A stretch of DNA of 38,395 bases, from IMG/VR virus record IMGVR_UViG_3300020577_002834; one strand, given 5' to 3'. Both the position numbers and the translations under genes were made by a program. Shown piece by piece: positions 14,671 to 23,190 of the stretch (position 1 is the first letter of the stretch; every line of letters starts with the position of its first letter). Below the pieces are notes generated by a model. It ran no database searches. It was not told the origin of the DNA and saw only the letters and a list, made by a program, of their open reading frames with translations. Source of the DNA: a virus.

Positions 14671-15519
14671 TTATAGTAAGAACCAAGTACCTGACGCAGC
14701 GCAGAATGGGCGTTGAACCCCACCGTTACTGTTGATTGTTGCGGAAGTGGCACCGTTGATCGTGTCGGAGCCTGCGCGGTTAATGGTCACGTTGGCCGTA
14801 GCACCCGTCTGACCACCGTCCTCGATGTACAATTTGCGTCCGATGTTAGCGGCGGCGCAGGTCGGAAGCGTGACCGTACGAGCCACCGTGCCGCGCATGA
14901 TGATTACCGTGTCAGTCGAAGAAACCGTGTAGGTCGTGTTGGTCGTGACTACTACTCCGGTGAAGTGAACCGCGTTGCTAATTTGGGTAGATGTCGTGCT
15001 GACGGTGAAATACTTTCGATCGTAGACGCCGGAAGTGTTCCTGTTGTTTATTTCGAACAGGTTGTAGGTGTAGGCGTTGGCTGATACTTCGAGGCGAGCA
15101 TTGGGCGAGAAGTAACCCAAGGAGGCGTCGCCGTTCGGGCCGACGTAGAATCGGTTGAGGCCGTTGACGTTGAGGTAGATACCGGCCAAAGAACCCGGTG
15201 CAAGGAGCAAGAGAGCTTTGTTTGTTCCACCTCCGAAATAGGCGTTATCGCCAGCGATGATGACGCTGTTGCCGTTGTCGGTAGACTTACCGACCATGAG
15301 CGACGTGGTGTTGGAGATGCCTTGTAGGGTTGTCGCCGTGGCACTCACGGTCATGTACCTAACAGAATCGCCAGCATTACCTACCTGCACGATGTTTGAG
15401 TTGGTGTCCGATTTAACCCAAAGACGATCCTGAAAGAGAGCTAATCCCGTTACCGTAAGCGTGACCGCCGTGAGGGCGGCGATCAGGTTGTTTATGGATT
15501 TCGGTCGATAGATAGGCAT
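14671..15519 (-). CDS. Fibre or receptor-binding-like structural protein (282 aa)
   Basis: Thr/Asn/Gly/Val-rich beta sequence with an N-terminal hydrophobic segment, next to other fibre-like genes. Confidence 0.45.
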   Translation of the reverse strand: MPIYRPKSINNLIAALTAVTLTVTGLALFQDRLWVKSDTNSNIVQVGNAGDSVRYMTVSATATTLQGISNTTSLMVGKSTDNGNSVIIAGDNAYFGGGTNKALLLLAPGSLAGIYLNVNGLNRFYVGPNGDASLGYFSPNARLEVSANAYTYNLFEINNRNTSGVYDRKYFTVSTTSTQISNAVHFTGVVVTTNTTYTVSSTDTVIIMRGTVARTVTLPTCAAANIGRKLYIEDGGQTGATANVTINRAGSDTINGATSATINSNGGVQRPFCAASGTWFLL

Positions 15520-15528
15520 AGTTTCGTT

Positions 15529-15828
15529 TTACGGAGCAGCTTCGTAGACGGTGTATCGCGGAGAAGTTCCTGCGATACTTACTTCACCCGTGTAGCAAAG
15601 CGCACTCGATTCGTAAGAAGCCCCCAACCCGTCATCATTAGCGTTTCCCGGTGCCAAGAGAACGTGGAAAACTGTCGTTGAAGCACCCGTACCAAACCGC
15701 ACAAAAAGCGGGTTTGTTCCGAGGTTTGTGATGATGAAGTAGATTCGGTTTGAATTAGCCGCAAGAGCCGTAGCCGCACTTGCGATCGACGGTGTATTAG
15801 ATGCTGTGGTCTGGTAGATGTTTTCCAT
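15529..15828 (-). CDS. Small structural protein (99 aa)
   Basis: ORF-track frame fitting tightly within the fibre region. Confidence 0.5.
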   Translation of the reverse strand: MENIYQTTASNTPSIASAATALAANSNRIYFIITNLGTNPLFVRFGTGASTTVFHVLLAPGNANDDGLGASYESSALCYTGEVSIAGTSPRYTVYEAAP

Positions 15829-15832
15829 AGAT

Positions 15833-16501
15833 TTAGATGAAAAGAAGGAAGGCTCCGTGGTCAGGTGAAGCAGTTAGAGGAGCAAAAGATTGCATCAAAA
15901 TAATGCAGTCCACGTTTGCGCTGGTGAACGTAATTTCTAGCGACGTGTCTGCCGCCGGATGAATGAGTGCGTTGCCGTCAACTGAGATAATCGAGTTTGT
16001 CCCGCTCGTATTTGTTTGTCGGGCAGTCGTAGCAGTACCGGCGGCTAGGTTTGTGTTTCCGCTTACATAGAACACCGAGCGGACCCAGCAGTTGTCGGCT
16101 ACGGGTGTTAGGTTGCGAGATTTGGGAGAGTTGACGTTGATAGCGTTAGTGATGATCTGGTTGTCGATCGTCGTGGATTGTTTGACGCCGCTATAACTGA
16201 CGGCTGTAGCACGAACCTGAGCCGATGAACTTAGAGAGACCGTAAGGGTGTTAGACCCTGTCGCCGGCGCGATCATGAAGTACGTATAGATACGTACGTC
16301 GATCACGTTGGAACGGGCTTGTGTATCTATCTGCGTCATCGCCACACCGTTGTAGGTAACGCCCGTAACGAGGTTGCTAATTGTGCCGTCGAGCATCACG
16401 TCAACCCAGAGGGCATCTCCGGCAGTATTGGTAAACGAACCAGAGAGCGATGATGTGTTCGCTCTTGCGAGGGTGCCTGAACTGTCGTAGGCAATCGCCA
16501 T
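15833..16501 (-). CDS. Fibre-associated structural protein (222 aa)
   Basis: Ser/Thr/Asn-rich beta-type sequence directly downstream of the fibre gene. Confidence 0.45.
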   Translation of the reverse strand: MAIAYDSSGTLARANTSSLSGSFTNTAGDALWVDVMLDGTISNLVTGVTYNGVAMTQIDTQARSNVIDVRIYTYFMIAPATGSNTLTVSLSSSAQVRATAVSYSGVKQSTTIDNQIITNAINVNSPKSRNLTPVADNCWVRSVFYVSGNTNLAAGTATTARQTNTSGTNSIISVDGNALIHPAADTSLEITFTSANVDCIILMQSFAPLTASPDHGAFLLFI

Positions 16502-16504
16502 ACT

Positions 16505-17704
16505 TTAGACGTTCTGACCAATGATGTAGCCGTCGTAGTTACCAGCCGATGTGACAATGAAGCCAAAGGTGTCTGCCTTGCTTGCTGTGGTCGTGAGAGT
16601 CGGTGCGACACCACCGGCCCACTTGATCGTCGTGAACCAAGTAACTGTGCGAGAACCTGTACCGTCCTGAAGGATGCGGATGATGAACTTTTGACCGACC
16701 GCTTCGTTGGAAAGCGCGATCGTGATGTTCCCGGCCGGCATTGTGATGAAATGGGTGTTGCTCGTTTGGAGCGTCAAAGTCGCCGTTCCTGCTGCCGAGG
16801 GGGTGTAGGATGTAATGTCGTCGTAAATTGAGGTCGTATGATGAACCTTGCCCGTACCTTTACCAGCAATTTTCAGATCGACGTTCGTTTCACCGTCAGC
16901 CGACAGGATCGGGCCAGCGGTACCCGTTGCCGCGTTGGTGACTTTGACGTAGTTGACTGCGGAACCAGTCGCACCGATATTCAAAAGTACGTTTCCGTTG
17001 GTATCGGAAATCTGTGTGATGATTTTTGGAGAGGTAAACACGTTGACGCCCGTGAACGTCTGACCCGCATCCGTACGGGCGATCGTTGCCGAGGTCGTCG
17101 GGAACGTCATCGTGGTGGAGTCCGTTCCTGAAAGAGTCAGCGAATTGGTAACGGAGAGCGTTTTTGCGTTCGTCAAAGTAAGCGTTCCTGTGGAGGACGT
17201 AATGGTGAGGCCGTTGATCGAAGTGGCCGTTGCAGCTCCCAGTACCGGGGTTACAAGGGTTGGGGAGTTGGACAATACAACCGCCACGGAACCAGTGGAG
17301 GCCGTAACACCAGTACCGCCGTTTGCAACCGCGAGCGTTCCTGCGCTCAAGACGCCAGCAGCAGCCGAGACAGCTCCGCTGAACGCGGTAAGCGTGAGTC
17401 CGGCAAATGTCGGGGACGAGGCGGCGGCGATATTCTGCGGAGTGGAGAGGACAACCGTGGAACCCGCACCGTTATCCGTGATCGTGATCTGGTTTGCCGT
17501 ACCCGTTAAAACACGCTCAGCGGTAAGCGTGGCGTTGGTGGACAAGGTAACGTATGTAGCGTCCGTGGGGGCGGCTCCGCTTGCAGACGTAAGCAGGCGA
17601 TGAGTAGTCGGATCAGCGTAAAGAGCGACGGGAGTAGTACCGTCGTCGCTAGAAACACCCAATAAGGTGGTTACTCGATTTTGATCTCGTCCTGCTTGCG
17701 CCAT
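16505..17704 (-). CDS. Tail fibre protein (399 aa)
   Basis: Fibre-type repeats (LAVANGGTGVTASTGS, LTLTNAKTLSVTNSLTLSGTDSTT). The N-terminal RDQN module is shared with the upstream 90-aa ORF. Confidence 0.65.
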   Translation of the reverse strand: MAQAGRDQNRVTTLLGVSSDDGTTPVALYADPTTHRLLTSASGAAPTDATYVTLSTNATLTAERVLTGTANQITITDNGAGSTVVLSTPQNIAAASSPTFAGLTLTAFSGAVSAAAGVLSAGTLAVANGGTGVTASTGSVAVVLSNSPTLVTPVLGAATATSINGLTITSSTGTLTLTNAKTLSVTNSLTLSGTDSTTMTFPTTSATIARTDAGQTFTGVNVFTSPKIITQISDTNGNVLLNIGATGSAVNYVKVTNAATGTAGPILSADGETNVDLKIAGKGTGKVHHTTSIYDDITSYTPSAAGTATLTLQTSNTHFITMPAGNITIALSNEAVGQKFIIRILQDGTGSRTVTWFTTIKWAGGVAPTLTTTASKADTFGFIVTSAGNYDGYIIGQNV

Positions 17705-17708
17705 ATAT

Positions 17709-17981
17709 CTAGTTTGAATCCACTAAAAGGTTGCCGCTGGCGTCCACATACACGGGGACTGGTGTGATGCCGTCTATTTCCGACACAGCGAGCCATACAG
17801 GTACGAAGTTCTGATCTCTCGAAGCAATGTCGCCTGAGAGGTCGGTTCCAGTCGTACCGTCGCTGACGTTTATGGCGTGCGTTGTGGGGTTTGCCTTCAC
17901 GACAAGTGGTGTCGAACCGTCCACGCTGCTCGTTCCAAGGATTGTCGGTACTAGGTTTTGATCTCTTGGAGCCTGCGCCAT
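17709..17981 (-). CDS. Small protein made of two RDQN modules (90 aa), candidate fibre adaptor
   Basis: MAQAPRDQNLVPTILGTSSVDGSTP... and ...SRDQNFVPVWLAVSEIDGITP...; the same module opens the 399-aa fibre. Confidence 0.55.
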   Translation of the reverse strand: MAQAPRDQNLVPTILGTSSVDGSTPLVVKANPTTHAINVSDGTTGTDLSGDIASRDQNFVPVWLAVSEIDGITPVPVYVDASGNLLVDSN

Positions 17982-17982
17982 A

Positions 17983-18711
17983 TCATTCGGACTCTATGAA
18001 TCTTTTGCGGCGGCCTTCCGCGAAGGCTGCCTGTACGGTCGCGCGCAGAGAGGCAATCTCTCGACGCTCGTTTTCAATCGCTTTGTGTTCTGACTGAATC
18101 CACTCCTTTTCTCTTAAGATTTCTGTCTCGCGTCGCTGTAGATCGCTTTCTCGATAGAGCGCAGTTTCATCAGAGAGGCCTTGCGCCTTCCTGAACTTGA
18201 GCCATTCGATAGACAGAGCGTCTGTTGACTTTCTGTTGACTTCCTCAGCTTCAATCGCCTTGGAAATGCGATATTCGGCGCGTTCTTCAGCGGACTTTGC
18301 CTCAGAAATGCGGTCAGTCAGATCAGCTAGTTTCGCCACGATTTCCGATCGGTCGTGTTCAACCGCGGCAACCAGCTGATTGATGCTCTGTTCTCTCTGA
18401 TCGCACGCAAGCTCCCTTTGAGCACACTGTTTTTCTCTTTCGAGGGTGGGTTTGAGAGCTTCGCGTTTCCGCGTTTCAAGGGAGGACACCTCTTGTGCCA
18501 GCTCCTTCGTTCGCTGACTGAACGCCGACTCAAGTTCATCGACGCGCTCTTTGTGCTCTTTCTGAGCAGCTTCGAGTGCGAGGATTTCGGCGTTCTTCTT
18601 CTTGGTAAGCTCGGTTACGTCAGAAATGAGAGCGTTTCGTTCTTCAACGAGTTGCGCTCGGAAGTCCGTAACGCTTGCCTCTGTTTCTTTTTTAGACAAC
18701 AGGCGCAACAT
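17983..18711 (-). CDS. Charged coiled-coil protein (~242 aa; the track uses a TTG start at 18753)
   Basis: Glu/Lys/Arg/Ala-rich heptad-like sequence throughout. The start codon is uncertain. Confidence 0.5.
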   Translation of the reverse strand: MLRLLSKKETEASVTDFRAQLVEERNALISDVTELTKKKNAEILALEAAQKEHKERVDELESAFSQRTKELAQEVSSLETRKREALKPTLEREKQCAQRELACDQREQSINQLVAAVEHDRSEIVAKLADLTDRISEAKSAEERAEYRISKAIEAEEVNRKSTDALSIEWLKFRKAQGLSDETALYRESDLQRRETEILREKEWIQSEHKAIENERREIASLRATVQAAFAEGRRKRFIESE

Positions 18712-19141
18712 TGGCTTTGGCCTTCGGAGGACGGCCAGCTTTCTTCTTTTCAATCTGTGGCTGTTCTTTCACGATGCGCTGAGCTGCGATCTGATCGGAC
18801 TCCTTGGGGTAAGAAGGAACCATGCCGTCCGAAAGAAGTTCAGATTTCAACTTGGAGATTTCACCGGAGCTGGTCGCGAGTGCGCCCCCGTCATCAATGA
18901 TTGCTTCGGCCATTTTGTTGATGAAGAAGTCCTCTTTGCGGCGGTTGTCCTTGCCGTTGGCAAAGCACCACTGGTCAACAAGGTGTTTCGCGAAATGACG
19001 CGCTTTCCAATCTTCCATTCTCTGTTTGCCTCCAGCGGGAATGAGCCATTCAACCTTGTCCCACATACCTACGAAGTCGGTATCGGTGAAGTTGAAGAAG
19101 GTGACAATCTTGGTGGGGGCTTCGAACTGACGGTGGATCAT
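18692..19141 (-). CDS. Hypothetical virion-module protein (149 aa)
   Basis: Track ORF (GTG at 19180) trimmed to ATG 19141. Lys-rich C-terminus. Confidence 0.5.
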   Translation of the reverse strand: MIHRQFEAPTKIVTFFNFTDTDFVGMWDKVEWLIPAGGKQRMEDWKARHFAKHLVDQWCFANGKDNRRKEDFFINKMAEAIIDDGGALATSSGEISKLKSELLSDGMVPSYPKESDQIAAQRIVKEQPQIEKKKAGRPPKAKANVAPVV

Positions 19142-19224
19142 AATTCTTTTTTTCCGTGGGTGAGTCGGAGTTTTTAGCACCCGAGTAGGGCGTTTTTACA
19201 GAACGCCCCGAAACTGTCTTTCGT

Positions 19225-19938
19225 TTAGGAAAGAAGGAGCTTGATCGGGCCGTATTCAGTCGTAGCGATGCCTGAAAGGGCATTACCGACGACAGCCTGA
19301 ACGCCCGTAAGGGCTTCGACCGCGCCAGCAGTGGCGTTGGAGCCGACAACGTCCGTACCGACGACGACTGCACCGTCCGCGAGGATAGAAGCAATACCGC
19401 CGTCCTGAATCCAACCGAACTGAGCGTTCGTAATCGCCGTTACAGCTGCGCCGACCGGAGCCGAAGTAGCCGTGGACGGGTTCACAATGACGCCAGAGAA
19501 CGGGTTAGCCACGAGGTCAACGCGAGAGGACGTGGTAAGAGCCACGACAATCGGATCAGACAACGTGAGCGTAAGAGCGGCAGCAGTGGCCGCCGGGTGC
19601 GAGCTGATGAGGTACTTGTAACCCTGACCCGGAGTAACGGTGACAACGAGCCAGCCGCCTGCGTACTGGTTGGCGGTGACGGTAACCGTCGAGGTCGTAG
19701 TGACCGACGTAGCACCGATCGCGGCAGCCGCGCACGCGAGGTCTTGGTTAGCGGTGACTTCGGCAGCTGCCTGTTGCAGCTTGCCGGGGACGAGCGACGT
19801 ACCGCCTGCTTTGACGTAGCGGTAGCGGTTGCCGGCTTTGTCGAACGCGATCGCACCGAGATCGGTGGCCGCGGACGCGGTGTTGGTAGTCAGGTCGCCC
19901 GGGTTCACCAGGAGGCCGGAACTAAGGAGAGTAGCCAT
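19225..19938 (-). CDS. Ala/Thr/Val/Gly-rich head-associated protein (237 aa), possibly a decoration or cement protein
   Basis: Composition, position two genes after the capsid gene, and a stem-loop just downstream (about 19187-19207). Confidence 0.4.
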   Translation of the reverse strand: MATLLSSGLLVNPGDLTTNTASAATDLGAIAFDKAGNRYRYVKAGGTSLVPGKLQQAAAEVTANQDLACAAAAIGATSVTTTSTVTVTANQYAGGWLVVTVTPGQGYKYLISSHPAATAAALTLTLSDPIVVALTTSSRVDLVANPFSGVIVNPSTATSAPVGAAVTAITNAQFGWIQDGGIASILADGAVVVGTDVVGSNATAGAVEALTGVQAVVGNALSGIATTEYGPIKLLLS

Positions 19939-19951
19939 AGATTGTTTTAGG

Positions 19952-20506
19952 TTAGATTCGCTTGAGGGTGACGGTGATCGTCACGCCCACGAGTTCCGTT
20001 GCCGCAGCCGTGAAGTCAACCGACAAACGATCGCCAGCAGCCAGCCGAAGGCTTGCTGCCGTAGCGGTGAGCGTGCCGGACTGAACGGTGTTCGCCGTGG
20101 ACTTGCAGTTGAAACCAGCGTTCGTGTTGTTCGTCAGGAGGTCAGTACCAGCACCCGGCGCGTCCGTAGACGTGTCTTTCGTTACCTGAACCGAGAGAGA
20201 ACCAGCGGTTGATTCGGCAACAGCGTGGACAAACTTGACTTTGGTTACTTGGTACGCTTGGTTCGCGACGAAGAAGCTCTGGTCAACCATTGCCGTCGCA
20301 GCTTGTGCGTGAAACGAGACTTCAATTTCTTGAGGTACGATCAGGCCACCAACCGTCAGAGCGTCAGCAGTAGAGACCGCAGCCGTAGACGAGAAGGTTT
20401 GTGCGCCCGAGAAGGTGTTGGCACCGGAAGCAGTAATCGGGAGAGCGGTGGCGATGCCGCCGTTCTGCTCGATACCTGCGACGTATTTTTCGATGTTCAT
20501 TGCCAT
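19952..20506 (-). CDS. Beta-rich structural protein (184 aa), paralog of 9658..10095
   Basis: C-terminus SLSVQVTKDTSTDAPGAGTDLL...LAAGDRLSV...LVGVTITVTLKRI aligns with the 145-aa ORF. Confidence 0.55.
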   Translation of the reverse strand: MAMNIEKYVAGIEQNGGIATALPITASGANTFSGAQTFSSTAAVSTADALTVGGLIVPQEIEVSFHAQAATAMVDQSFFVANQAYQVTKVKFVHAVAESTAGSLSVQVTKDTSTDAPGAGTDLLTNNTNAGFNCKSTANTVQSGTLTATAASLRLAAGDRLSVDFTAAATELVGVTITVTLKRI

Positions 20507-21225
20507 AGGGGATTCTTAGGTGTTGCCGCTTGCGTTCTGCCACCATACGTCGGTGTTTTCCAATGGCAGTTCGCGCAGAGAGTACGGCCGTTTTCGATAC
20601 TCGTTCTTAATTCAGGAAAGAGGGCGAAAGGTTTGATGTGGTCGGCGTGATTTCCTTTGGAGCGATGCCCGCAGAGAACGCAGGTGTCTTTGTCGCGTTT
20701 TTTAACGGATTTCCTCCACAGCCTCAGCTCTTTTGAAGACCGGATCTTTGCGTTGATTGGACTGATTCCACCCTTCCAATTAGAGGCTCGGTAGCCACGA
20801 GGTGGATTCGACCAGGTGCTTGTAAGGTTTTTTATGACCTTCAGACGGTGTCCCGGAGAGAGCTTTCGACCTTTCATCTTTTGCCTTTGCTTTTCTTTCG
20901 ATTCCTCGGTATGAACACTCCCTTTGTGGGGATTGTTCATGCGCATCCACTGAGAGATTTTCTTTCGATGCTCGATGGATAGTTTCTTTCCAACGTGCTT
21001 CGATCGAATCTTCTCTTTCGTTTCTTCGGAGAGCTTTGCTCCGAGCCGAGTTTTTAAACCCATTGTTGAGAAAGGTCTGGCAACAATCCCGTGAATACGA
21101 AGGTACTTGCAGACCGTTACTTGAGAGGTCTTGAGTTCCTTTGCTACGGCCATCGTTGATTTCTTTTCTTCGACGTAGAGTTTGTAGAGAACGTCTTTCG
21201 AGAACAGCATCTGCTTTAGCGACAA
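20497..21225 (-). CDS. Free-standing HNH endonuclease with NUMOD3-like repeats (242 aa)
   Basis: Repeated (S/T)EE(T/S)KEK...GKKLS..HR.K modules. C-terminus CVLCGH...HADHIKPFALFPE...NGRTLCANCH. Confidence 0.8.
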   Translation of the reverse strand: MSLKQMLFSKDVLYKLYVEEKKSTMAVAKELKTSQVTVCKYLRIHGIVARPFSTMGLKTRLGAKLSEETKEKIRSKHVGKKLSIEHRKKISQWMRMNNPHKGSVHTEESKEKQRQKMKGRKLSPGHRLKVIKNLTSTWSNPPRGYRASNWKGGISPINAKIRSSKELRLWRKSVKKRDKDTCVLCGHRSKGNHADHIKPFALFPELRTSIENGRTLCANCHWKTPTYGGRTQAATPKNPLWQ

Positions 21226-21229
21226 GCCG

Positions 21230-22291
21230 TCAGATACTTGTAATTCCGGTCAACTTGCCGCAGAAGCGAGGTTCGCGGTTAATCAGCTGGCCGCCGAAGA
21301 CGTGGAAGCCGTTAGCAGCAAAGGCGTTCTGTGCGCGCGTCCAACCCGTGAAGCCGAAGCCCAAACCCTTGAGCTTGGAACCTTCGTAGTCGTTGCCTTC
21401 GATTTCTTCCGGCATATACGAAACGGATTCGAAGCCGGGGAAGATTGCAGCAGCTTTAGACGAGTCAATGCCGTACCAGTCCATGTAGTCCCCATTGAGG
21501 AAAAGCATGACGCCGGAGGTGGCTTTTTCGTCCATCATCATCGGGAAGCCTTGGAAGTAGAGTTCCATTGAGCCGATACCGCGAGCCGATCCGTTACGAA
21601 CGTCAGCAGACGTGCTGTTGAAGCGTTCGAGTGGCATGAGCAACTGGTTGTAAAGCGAGAAGACAGCTTCCGGCATATACGCAACCGTCGGCTTCTGGTT
21701 GCCAGAGCGGACGTTGTAGTAAAGCGTGAGCATCTTCGCGAGCGTCAGCGTGCCGCCAGACGAGGTGACCGTAGAGGCCATGCCCGTGTAGGTGGAACGA
21801 GACAAACCGCCATACGTCGCGACAGTCGAACCGTCGTCAACCGCGGCACCAAGACCGAGAATGTCTTTGCTGCCGTTACCCGTACCGTCAGACCAGAACT
21901 GAGTACCGCAAAGGTCGCCCAAGTCCTGAGCATCCGATTCGAGCGTGACGCGAACGAGGTCGATAATGCGTTCCTCCGAACCAGACTGCATCGAGGTCGC
22001 GAGTTCATCGCCCGGGAGAGCCGAGGTGATCGCAACGAACGACGGGTCAAACTGCGCTTTCACGCGGTTGTCCGTAGCAGAGGTCGAGAGCGTGTCGAAA
22101 CCAGCGAACGAGGAGCCAGTCGAGTTGACCTGATATTTCACAGCGAACTTGATCTGGTTGCCGCTCCACTTCTTCGCTTTCTTAACGAAGTCGGTGAAGG
22201 CGACGTTGGAGCGCAGCACTTGGTCAACGACGAGAGGCAGGAGCTTTTCCCGCATGGTCGTTGTAATGCGTGCGCCGAGAGTGTCGGCCAT
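21230..22291 (-). CDS. Major capsid protein candidate (353 aa)
   Basis: Assigned from size and position only, directly downstream of the scaffold-like gene and portal. No motif checked. Confidence 0.6.
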   Translation of the reverse strand: MADTLGARITTTMREKLLPLVVDQVLRSNVAFTDFVKKAKKWSGNQIKFAVKYQVNSTGSSFAGFDTLSTSATDNRVKAQFDPSFVAITSALPGDELATSMQSGSEERIIDLVRVTLESDAQDLGDLCGTQFWSDGTGNGSKDILGLGAAVDDGSTVATYGGLSRSTYTGMASTVTSSGGTLTLAKMLTLYYNVRSGNQKPTVAYMPEAVFSLYNQLLMPLERFNSTSADVRNGSARGIGSMELYFQGFPMMMDEKATSGVMLFLNGDYMDWYGIDSSKAAAIFPGFESVSYMPEEIEGNDYEGSKLKGLGFGFTGWTRAQNAFAANGFHVFGGQLINREPRFCGKLTGITSI

Positions 22292-22309
22292 ATTATGAGA
22301 TTATTTTCT

Positions 22310-23068
22310 TTATTCACTTACCGAGTCCCAGCCGCCCATCTTTTTAAGTTGGGCTGAGGTGACGTATCCCTTGCTAGAGGGTTCAGCTTTGCCAGTTTTA
22401 GAGTTCAGAGAGTCAGCGAGTTTCCTGCGTGCCACGGATTTTTCCTTGGTGTCAGGCTGCTGAAGACGGAGGATTTCGAGACCAGCCTTGAAGTCGAGGT
22501 TTCCCTCAGCGTCAGTCGGCTTGTACTTGTCCAAGATTTTGAACAAGGCGTTGCGGTCGAAGTCTCCTTCCGTTTCTTTGAGCGTGCTGACCTGCTCCTC
22601 GACCCACTGGTTTGCTTGTTTCTGGGTTTCTTGAGCTTGGGTCTGCTTCGCTTCGTATTCAGCGATCGCTTCTTTCTTGGCCTCTTCTTTGGCTGTTTTC
22701 GAGAGACCTTGGAACCATTCGTAGATTTCGCGGTCGTCTCCGAAATAGCGTTTGAGAACTTCCGGCATTTCTTCACCCTTCTTCGCAGGCGTTTCTGACT
22801 TCGCTTTATAGAAGTCGGCCTGATCTTTGAGGAGCTGCTCGCGTTCTTCACGCAAGCGGTTCCGTTCTTCGATCACGGCTTTGAAACGCTTGTCCTTGTG
22901 TAGAGGTCGATCATCCAAATCATTCGGGACTTCCTCCACAGCGTCCTCAGCCTGACTGGTAGGCTTTTCTTCAGTTTCGGTTGGCGAGTCCGACGGTGAG
23001 TCCGTGCCGGGGCTGAACACTTGTTCATCCGGCTGCGCCACAAATCCTTCAAAAATGTTTCCGTCCAT
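22310..23068 (-). CDS. Scaffolding protein candidate (252 aa)
   Basis: Highly charged Glu/Lys-rich helical sequence lying between the portal and capsid genes. Confidence 0.6.
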   Translation of the reverse strand: MDGNIFEGFVAQPDEQVFSPGTDSPSDSPTETEEKPTSQAEDAVEEVPNDLDDRPLHKDKRFKAVIEERNRLREEREQLLKDQADFYKAKSETPAKKGEEMPEVLKRYFGDDREIYEWFQGLSKTAKEEAKKEAIAEYEAKQTQAQETQKQANQWVEEQVSTLKETEGDFDRNALFKILDKYKPTDAEGNLDFKAGLEILRLQQPDTKEKSVARRKLADSLNSKTGKAEPSSKGYVTSAQLKKMGGWDSVSE

Positions 23069-23110
23069 ATTATTCGCAGGGTTTTTATGAGACCCGTGAA
23101 ACTCTTGTGC

Positions 23111-23188
23111 TTACTTTTTAATCTTCGACTTGATCGCGGCGAGAGCGTCTTTCTTTGCGACTGGTTTGCAATCGTCTTTCTTTTTCAT
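23111..23188 (-). CDS. Possible Lys-rich mini-ORF (25 aa)
   Basis: MKKKDDCKPVAKKDALAAIKSKIKK. The ATG lies 2 nt after the portal stop (TAGatATG). No other support. Confidence 0.25.
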   Translation of the reverse strand: MKKKDDCKPVAKKDALAAIKSKIKK

Positions 23189-23190
23189 AT

